Assembly: GCA_964016885.1 (NCBI GenBank)
Contig: OZ024741.1
Location: forward strand, 323,950,001 to 324,014,000
DNA: 64,000 bases
Direction: 5' to 3'
Origin: Eledone cirrhosa
Taxonomy: Eukaryota
Shown here: positions 55,353-64,000 of the stretch, piece by piece
Layout of the letters: each line of letters starts with the position of its first letter
Numbering within the stretch: the stretch's first letter is position 1
Program-made: the position numbers and the translations under genes
The notes under the pieces: generated by a model
Databases searched by the model: none
The model's input: only the letters and a program-made list of their open reading frames with translations
Told to the model about the DNA's origin: nothing

Positions 55353-55790
55353 TGGGAGGGTCATGTTGCCAATAAGAAACACACGCACCAGTTGCTTTCA
55401 CTTCAATTTATTATAATAAATTTATAATAAATTTATAAATTTATAAATTTCTGGTTGGTTGGTTGGTTCCACAACCAGATAGTTGTTTATATATTGTCAT
55501 AGTTCTTTCGTCACACACTCTGTGACCTGGGGATTCCTTTCTTTGTTTTTGTGCCTCTCCTTTGTTCTGTCCTACGCCATTTTGTTTCTGTGTGTGTGTT
55601 GTGTGCTCAGTCTGCGCATGCGCCACATCCGGGTGTCTGTGTGTGTTTATGTTCATTTATTTATTTGTTTATTTACATGTTACTGGTTGGTTGTTTGTTC
55701 TATGTGTGTGTGTGTTTTCATTTTGTCCTTAATTGTAAGTTGTGATGTTGCTGTTCCACTCATATTTTCTATTTAATTTTAGCTGTAATT
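55353..55790 (-). mobile_element. Second copy of the 33.8-34.2 kb PLE tail
   Basis: Reverse-complement match to about 33810-34220; hammerhead core deleted. Confidence 0.8.
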
Positions 55791-56699
55791 CTTTTATTAA
55801 ATATTTTCTATCTTCATGTATTTTGGTATGATATTAAAGAGTCATTTGAAATGAAATAGTTGTGTCCTAAGGTTGTTATGTGATGCGATGCTGGGGTTTT
55901 TATGGGGTGGACAGGAAAGAGACTTGGACTTAAGTGTATTTTAAAGTTGACTCAGACATCATTTGGGCATTGTTGATGGTATATTTTCCACATCACACAA
56001 ATGATGTAGCATTCACTGTGGCGTTGGAGAGAGTAGAGTTTGAGTTATTATTGTGTACCCCGCTAGTCTAGGCTTGTCATGCTGTCTATTGTTTTTGTAA
56101 TTATCTTTTGGGATGCTTCAATATTGATAATAATTAGAATCGTGAATGTAGACTACAGCTGGAAATCGTATTCAAAGTGGAGCCGTGCATAGCTAGAACA
56201 AAATAAGGATGATAATATGACCGCCAAGTACTAAGAATCCAAGAGCACACCAGTGGGCTATATCAACACTGTTGCTTATGCAAGTACCCAGTTTAAGATG
56301 TCAATGACAAGTACTCCAACATCTCTAGCATCGTTAGATGTCTGAGTGAACAGCTTATGGTATCTTAAATATATCCTCTGTTTCAAAGCGGAAGAGCTAA
56401 AATTTATCGTCGTTTAGTAGCATATTGTTTTTTCGCTCATTGAAGAAAGTCGCCATACCCGTTTTCCCACCCCGTTGATGACATTCTGGAACCTTGAAAC
56501 ATTTGCGAAGATTCTTAGTTTACTGTGCTTGATGATGTTTATGACGAAATTTATATAAATATTGAAGAGAAGTGGGCTTAATCGTACTCATTCAATCAAA
56601 GAATGCTGGGATCTATTCATCAGGAAACAATCCACCATGACAATTTCGCACTGACTCCAATGCTGGATGGTTAGTTAAACAGGATCTTGCGAAGACTCT

Positions 56700-56840
56700 G
56701 AGTCCAGAAATAGCCGTCGAAACGGCTTGAGCTCAGCCATAGGGGTTAAACTTTTTCCTATTACCCACTCTACTACCCTAAGTATTGAGTTCTCTGGTGC
56801 GTTATGGTCCATCTGGTTCCTCACCACACCTCCTTCGCTA
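56700..56840 (+). mobile_element. Truncated tail of the 27.8-29.8 kb PLE family
   Basis: Matches 29651-29790; only the 3' half of the hammerhead is present. Confidence 0.8.
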
Positions 56841-56842
56841 TA

Positions 56843-57705
56843 TCCATATATATAAATTTGTAGTTCCTGTCTGTTTGTTTGTTTGTGCACGAAACCCACC
56901 TATTGTTTTGGAGATAGACCCCAATAACCATGTATATTCAGAAACTACATTGCCCAAGGTACTTGGATAAGTATATTTCATTTTAATCAAAGGGTTCCCC
57001 GGTCCACAAACCCCTACTGAAAACCCCCGCTGAAAATCTTTTCCTTTCGATTTATATGAAATTTAAACCATAGGTAAATGACAAGATATGATGCCTATTC
57101 ACAAAATTCCAGCAAATTTCAATAATATTAAGACACCCTAATGGGGGTTAAACCCCCTATTAGGGTTCCTCGGGGGCACAAACCCCCGCTGAATTTTTTC
57201 CCTTCGATTTATAGGACATTTAAACCATAGGCAAATGACAAAATATGATGCCTATTCACAAAAGTTTTGAATTGATATTTCGAAAAAAATTATTTACAAG
57301 GAACAAAATAAGAATAAGATTTAATAATGTAATTTTGATTTGATATATTACAAAAAATAATTGTTTCTACTTTAGGCACAAGGCCAGCAATTACTCAGTA
57401 CATTACTGGTTCTTTATTTTATCGACCCCGTAAGGATGAAAGGCAAAGTTAACCTCGGCGGGATTTGAACTCAGACTGGAAAGGGACGTAACTATGCTAG
57501 AAAGCATGGCGTCCAACCCTCTACCGATACTGTCAATTCACAAAAAATAATGTTTTCCAATTTTTTATGCATTACATTTTACATTGAGTAATATTGAAAT
57601 GCAGAGTTTTTCTCCATTATATCACTGATTTAAAATCAAGCATCATTTTCTTACAAAAAAAAAAAAAATCTGTGAAACGCAGCAAGGCGCGGGTAATTCG
57701 GCTAG
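56843..57705 (+). mobile_element. Non-autonomous Helitron-like element
   Basis: 5' TC, 3' CTAG, degenerate GC-rich subterminal hairpin, A|T target, internal duplication. Confidence 0.75.
57362..57540 (-). mobile_element. SINE family 1 nested in a Helitron, with TSD
   Basis: ACAAAAAATAAT on both sides. Confidence 0.88.
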
Positions 57706-57807
57706 TATATACATATATATGAGCATATGTATATACAAAAAAAAGTGTAAAACTACAGCACAATGGTGTTATTAATAATATTTTAACACTTGATATAGTA
57801 GGAAAGG

Positions 57808-57843
57808 ATTCAACGTTTCAGAGGCTAGTCCTTCATCGGAAAT
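57808..57843 (-). ncRNA. Minimal hammerhead, U4C variant, orphan tail
   Basis: ATTT-CCGATGA-AGGactagCCTct-GAAA-CG-TT-GAAT. Confidence 0.6.
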
Positions 57844-58700
57844 TAATTGAGAGATAGACGAGGGAATAGAAACATAGACGAGAGTAAGAAAGAGAAAATT
57901 TCTCACAGGAGGAAAGTAATTCTGTATTCAGGTCTGTCGAAAAACAATTTTCCGTAAGACATACACGTAGTTGCCTCATATCAACACGTATACACGAAAC
58001 TGTTCTTCTTTTAAGTTTCAACATTGTTACATAGCATTTGTGTATGTAGACTGTCAAAGTGAGTATTTGCCTGGAGAGTTATTTCCACAGACACCACGAA
58101 CGTGTTCCACGGTATTCGGTGGAGAATTTTCTAACATTAGGTAAACAATGAAGCAGAAGTAACGTAATATTTATGTGTCAGTGTGGTCTGTTTAGATATA
58201 ATTAACTTAACGGGATATGTCTTGCCTTCAATTACATAGAGAAAATTCAAATGAGAGAATAAGCAGCTGTAGGTTACTACATTCTTTCGAACCGACCAGC
58301 CAGCCAACTAACCAACCAGCCGCCAAGCAAACCAACACCTCTATTATTTCATAGAAAATCTTCTTGAACGCTGGCAATGTAAAATGATAGTTATCTAATT
58401 AGAATTCCCTGGTTCATTCATTGCTTTCAGAGTTACATCTTAGCAGGTTATTATTGTGATTATTATTATTATTATTATTATTGAATGCTATGGTTGACGG
58501 AGGCTCGGCTCTGTAAGGTATTGTAAATTTTGACCACTATAACAATTGAAAATTCTTTAAAACTTTAACCAAATTGTAGACAAAAACACCCTCCTCCTCG
58601 CGAGAGGGGTCTTTCTGCCCGTTATTTGGCCCTTCGTAGTTAAATAACCGCTTATTGGGGTTTTGTGCCCAACATTTATTTTAAACAAAAAAAAAAAAAC

Positions 58701-60789
58701 ATGGCTACGAAAAAGAATTTTCATAGGTCACTCCCACTCATTCCGTCTTCTTCTTCCTCAATCGTCACTACAGCAGAGAGAAGATTGTCTCTCTCCCACC
58801 CTTCTCTAAATGTGTCTCTCTCCCTCCCTTCTCTTTCGCAAGCGACGCCAGAAAAGAAAAATCACGTGCAAAGCGTGCAAGATTTCTCCACGACGACGAC
58901 GACAACGACGAAAAAGGTGTGCGGGAAATACGAAAACCCATTTCATTCGTCTGACGTCAGGAATAATAGCAGTAGCAGCCGTAATAACAGCAGCAGCAGC
59001 AACAGTGACAAGGAAAACAACAGTAGCAGCCGCAACAGCATCAGCAGCAGCATAAACAACAACAGTATTAGCAGCAACAACAACAGCAGCAGCAGCAACA
59101 ACATCAACAACCACAGCAACAGCAGCGGCGGCAGTAGTCGGAGTACCTGCAGCAACAACAAAAGTAACAGCAGCTCTGACGACGACAACAACAAAAACAA
59201 CAACAGCAGCAAAGAAAAATCAATCTCGTTTGCATGTATCGCAAAGAACCTGGAAACAATCCTCATAACAAATGAGGAATTAGAGGAAGCGAAGAAGATG
59301 GTTACAAAAACCGGACACCGAGCAATCTGCAAGGCAGCCGAAAAATGTTTCGAAACCCAACAGCACTGTACGATCACGTACCGTACAGTAAGCACAAAAT
59401 CCCGTAGGGTTGAAAGAGCCACAGAGGCTCAAATACAAAAAGCCTTAGGGTCTGTGAGGCAGCGGAAAACGCACATCACCCGAGGCAAGAAATATGGCAC
59501 CGTAGAGGTGCATTTTGCCTCACCCCAGGAGGCAAAGGCTCAATCCTTAGTGACCCTAAGGAGCGAGGAAATGGTGTTGGTGCCCTCCTACTGCAGGCAA
59601 AAAATTGTAAGGGTCAAACTGACCCCCCCCCCCCCCCCGGGATGGCCCCTTCTTGGCTGGCCGCGTCTGTCCTCGTCGGAATCGAGGACAAAACAACTGT
59701 ACTGCAAGTACAGAAAAAAGTAAGAGAAGATTGGGTCGGCACCTCCATTGAGATGTTAATCCAAACCAACCAGGAGTGCATCGAAGCTATCCTGGATGTG
59801 ATAGATTTCGATAACGGCACTCAACTGCCCATAAGTGTTGAGGGCAAACGCCCGAAATGCTTTCGCTGTGGATCGAAGACTCACCTCAGGGCCTTCTGCA
59901 ACGAGAAGACCCTGAGAAAGGAGAAAACCCCCCTCCTTCCGAAACCGGCTCCACGGCTACCAGCAACAGGACAAGCGGCAACCAGGAATGATAGGTCCGT
60001 GGCACCCATACCCACTCCACGGAAATCAAGAACAGCAGCAGCAGTGGATGTATTAACAACAACAACAGTAATACCAAATGCAGCTGCAACAGAGACTCCA
60101 CTGCAAACATCACCAACAACAACAAGTGAAAGAGTGGAGCTGGTACCCCTCCCTGACCTCACAGAATCAGACATGGAGTGTGAAGTGGGAGAGGGATGGC
60201 AAAAGGATGAAAGAAAATGGAGGAAAGAAATGAAAAAAGGGTAAAGGCTACTGCAAAGAGACTCACAGCAGCAACAGCACCAACACCATCACCACCCACA
60301 CTAGCGACAACCCCACCGCCAACAACAACAACACCTTCAACACCACCACCACAAGCACCAACATCGCAAACACAACAACAAAACACACACACCCAGCAAC
60401 AACGACAAGAAAATAGCAGAACCACACCCCACCCCCAGAAAAACAAATGCACGGCAATAAATACACACAACAAGAAACTAATGACTTACATAATTGAACA
60501 CACAGACATTTTACAGCACGACTACATAATACCAGCACCAATCAAAACGCAAACTAACATAACACTGCTAAAAATAGCACAGAAACAATACACAAACATT
60601 AAAACGAAATTCCCCAACGCGGTTGGTGATTTCAGAGACCTAGGAGGGACTCTCAACCGGAGAGTATATTCGGACATACTCATAGAAGAGCCGACGACCA
60701 GCCGAAGGGACGATTCAACGGTCCCTTCACCAGACGATCAAGTAAAAAGGAATGGAAATACCATCCTTCCTCTACGAAAAGTACGGTAA
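58701..60789 (+). pseudogene. LINE B ORF1, frameshifted
   Basis: ORFs 58665-59723, 59642-60244 (ISVEGKRPKCFRCGSKTHLRAFC, matching ISVEGRRPSCYHC of copy A) and 60217-60789. Confidence 0.85.
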
Positions 60790-60824
60790 GTGGTCTTTCC
60801 CATCTTTTCCACTCTATTTTAAAC

Positions 60825-63800
60825 ATGACCTCACTCAGAATAGGGGCTTGGGGTCGTCATGAAAGCAGGGTCACCTGCTCAACGACCTCAGGTCACTAAA
60901 CATAGATGTAGTGGCCATCAGCGAGACCAGAATCTCCGAAGCACGGGCCTTCGCACCGATCTTCGGCGGCTACGATGTGTACGCATCTCCCAGCCGTCCT
61001 GGATCGGGGGGAGGAGTTGCTGTGATTTTTCGGAGAGGTTTGGATCTCGCCATACGGGCCATCTTCCTGGACCCAGAGGGTAAGCTGGTGGTGCTGGACG
61101 TGACCAGCGGAGACGGGCAAGCTTTCAGGCTAGTGGCCGTCTATGCCGCGACAGGAGCAGGGCGGCCTGATTTCTTCCGGCGTCTGGAGATCTTTCTTGG
61201 AACGTCCCGCTCTTTAGTGTTAGTGGGCGACTGGAACGGGATCTTAGATGCACGCTGGGACTGTGTGGGATTAGCGGATAGGGGTGGAGGGTGCAAGAGC
61301 CTCACTAACCTGCTCAGGCGTTTTGAACTGTCTGAGAGGTACCGATTGGATTTCCCGAATGTGCCAATGTGGACTTGGACAAATCGCATAGGGTCATCCA
61401 GATCATATCTAGATAGAGTATTTTGTAGGGAAATAGATAGGTCTAGCATAGGCTGTCCACAATTCAAGATAGTCAGCTACACGGACCACAAATTCGTGAT
61501 CTGTGTGCTTGACTTAGATAGGCTTCATAGACGAGGACCCGGCTACTGGAAGCTAAACGCGTCCTTACCAGCGCGCAACGCCTACAGAGACCGGATTAGT
61601 TAAGCGGGCGTTGACGGGAGCCATCGTCAACAACAAGTGGTGGTTTGCTCTGAAAAGAGCGATTAGAATAGAATCGATTAGGTTTAGTAAGACTTTAGCA
61701 ATAGAGAAAAATAGAGCAGAGGGAGAACTAGTTAGAAAATTAGACGAGGCGCTTAGCAAAGGCATTGCGACCGACGTGCTTGCGGCGAAATTGGCCCTTG
61801 ACCAATTCTTCAATGCAAAGCACGAAGGCTGCGTTGTCAGAGCTAGGGTGCGTGCTCTCAGACACGAGGGGACGAAAGCCGTTCAATGGGCCCGAGTGGC
61901 GGAGGCGCGTCGTGGCAACAAAGCCACGATCCGGTCTTTGGTGGACCACGAGAGGGGCATGCTACTCGATCCCGGGCAAATGTGTGAAGCTTTTCAGCGA
62001 CACTTCGCTCAGCTGTTCGGGGGCAGCGGTGGGCCAGGTCGAGGGATGGACATTAGTGTCTACCTCGACGGACTGCCGCAGCTCTCGGCCACTGAGGCGG
62101 AGTGTTGCGAAAAGCCGATAACAGCCGCTGAAGTAAGGGAGGCAATGACTGGCTGCACAAGGGGTAAATCGCCTGGTTTGGATGGTCTGCCCTATGAACT
62201 TTACGAAAAGATGCCAGACTTGTTCGGAGGCCTCTTGGCGGACGTCTACTGCAACTGGCAACAGAACGGGAGAATTCCCAGTTCTGTGAGCCGAGGAGCG
62301 GTGGCACTGCTGAGAAACGATCCGAACAAGGGGGATAAGATAGATAATTTCCGGCCCATAACTCTACTGAACACAGAGTTCAAGATTTTGGCCAAGGTGC
62401 TAGCAAAGAGGTTGGCGCTTATCGTTGGTGGTCTGGTGGGAGAGGCGCAGACATGCGCCATTCCCGACAGATCCATCCACGACAACCTCCACCTCATGCG
62501 ATACATCGTAGAGAGGGTAGCTAGGGAACCTGGCACGGGTGGGTCCTTGATCAATTTAGATCAGTCGAAAGCTTTCGATAGGGTCGACCATCGTTACCTA
62601 GCGGCAGTCCTGAGGGCGGCTGGCTTTGGGCCCGTCTTCAGAGGCTGGATCGCTGCCATGCACAGCGACATCTGCTCCGTGGTGAGAGTGAACGGTCACC
62701 TGTCGGAACCGTTCAAAATCATGCGCTCGGTCCGCCAAGGATGTCCCCTCTCGTCCCTCTTGTACGTATTGACTCTCGAGCCATTACTGCACAAACTGGA
62801 GACGTTGAGGGGCGTCCCGCGCGAACTAGGATGCGGAAGATCCGTGTCAGCATATGCGGACGATGTCACCGTAGTGGTGTCGAATGCCAAACACATCGAG
62901 GCGATCGGCACTACACTAAGAGAATACGAAGCGGTGACAGGAGCAATGATCCACCAGGAAAAGTCAGTGGGCCTGCAGCTCGGCACCTGGAGAAGCAGGT
63001 CCATGCCGTCCAACAGCGTCGTCGGACGCTGGGCGGACGGACCGGTTAAATTGCTAGGGGTCTGGTTCGGTCCGGACCTCCAAACTGGGACGAGGTGACG
63101 AGCAGGGTGGTTTCTCTCACCCAGAAATGGGCAGAGAGGAAGCTATCCCTGAAAGGTGGAGCGGAGGTGGCTAACGCGTACATCGCGTCTATCATCTGCT
63201 ACCGCCTGACCGTCGTACCTTGTCCTAAGCCTCTCCTGACTGCGCTGGAGCGTTTGCTCTTTCGCTTTTTGTGGAAGGGACGCGCTCCGATGGTCAGGCG
63301 GTCCATCTGTTGTCAACACCCGCTACGTGGAGGGCTGGGCATGCCGTGGCTGATGATGCGCAGGCACGCGCTCAGGCTACGACATCTCCACCTCTTCCTC
63401 GACGGTGATCAGGTGTGGTCGCCGTTTGCTAGACACGTATTTCCCCAGCTCGTTTCCTTGATGGAGCTGCAGTCCTGGGTCAAGCGAAAACCGAGAGGGA
63501 GCGCCTGGAGACTGCAATGTCTTCAGGCGCTCACAGCCCTCGACCAATCGGGCAATGTGATCGGTGGAAAATTCACCTCGGCGTTCTATAGAGGATTAGT
63601 GGAGGGGAAGAGCGACGACGTACTTGGGGAAACTCTAGGCGTCGACGAAATCAACTAGCCAATCTCTTCGAAAGAACTTTCGGGCCAGGGCCTATGGACA
63701 ACTTCCAGAAATCTCTGGCCTGGCAGTGCTACCGAGGAGCCTTGCCAGTTCGGGATAAACTCTACAGGCATGGAGGTGCCGTCTGCCGGGCATGTCCGAG

Positions 63801-64000
63801 ATGCGCGCAGGTCGACGAAACCGTCCTGCACGCACTCGTCCAGTGTCCGAAAATTGCTGACTTGTGGGTTTATGTCGAACACCTGCTGTCGCGTTTAGGA
63901 CGGATCCGGCTATCATCTGAGTCCATCGTGAGGATTGCCCCGCCCTCCTCCTTTAGCCGGCAAGGGCAGGCAGTTTTTATCTGTCTGGTGGCCATGGCGA
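60825..64000 (+). pseudogene. LINE B ORF2 (APE + RT), frameshifted
   Basis: AISETR, GDWN, SYLDR, TDHK; SPGLDGLP, DQSKAFDRVDH, RQGCPLS, YADD. Confidence 0.95.

Larger units (their letters stand above)
58484..64000 (+). mobile_element. Tx1/L1-like non-LTR retrotransposon, copy B (different subfamily, runs off window)
   Basis: Same ORF1/ORF2 layout as copy A, with strong ORF2 similarity; starts after an (ATT)n tract. Confidence 0.93.

Noticed and set aside
59623-59638. Programmed frameshift at the C-run in LINE B ORF1
   Set aside because: Homopolymer indel or sequencing error is simpler; site not shared with copy A

Overview
AT-rich eukaryotic DNA made almost entirely of transposable elements and simple repeats. 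The SINE, LINE and Penelope mix suggests an octopus or other cephalopod (inference). It holds two near full-length Tx1/L1-like LINEs plus a 3' fragment, at least nine coding remnants of Penelope-like elements (PLEs; RT and/or GIY-YIG), many tRNA-derived SINEs, two non-autonomous Helitrons, a 47-bp satellite and long microsatellites. No host gene is clear; there is one candidate exon. The main signal is a dense set of type I hammerhead ribozymes (about 16 well-formed copies from about 9 sequence families) at PLE 3' tails. They usually have a minimal palindromic helix III, often an adjacent AATAAA, and a nearby (TA)n tract. They are repeatedly arranged as inverted pairs. Two unrelated families carry a compensatory U3-A8 core. 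The best novelty candidate is an ORF-less unit at 19.6-23.2 kb whose ~205-bp direct terminal repeat begins at the predicted ribozyme cleavage site (retrozyme-like). All folds were done by eye and coordinates are approximate.
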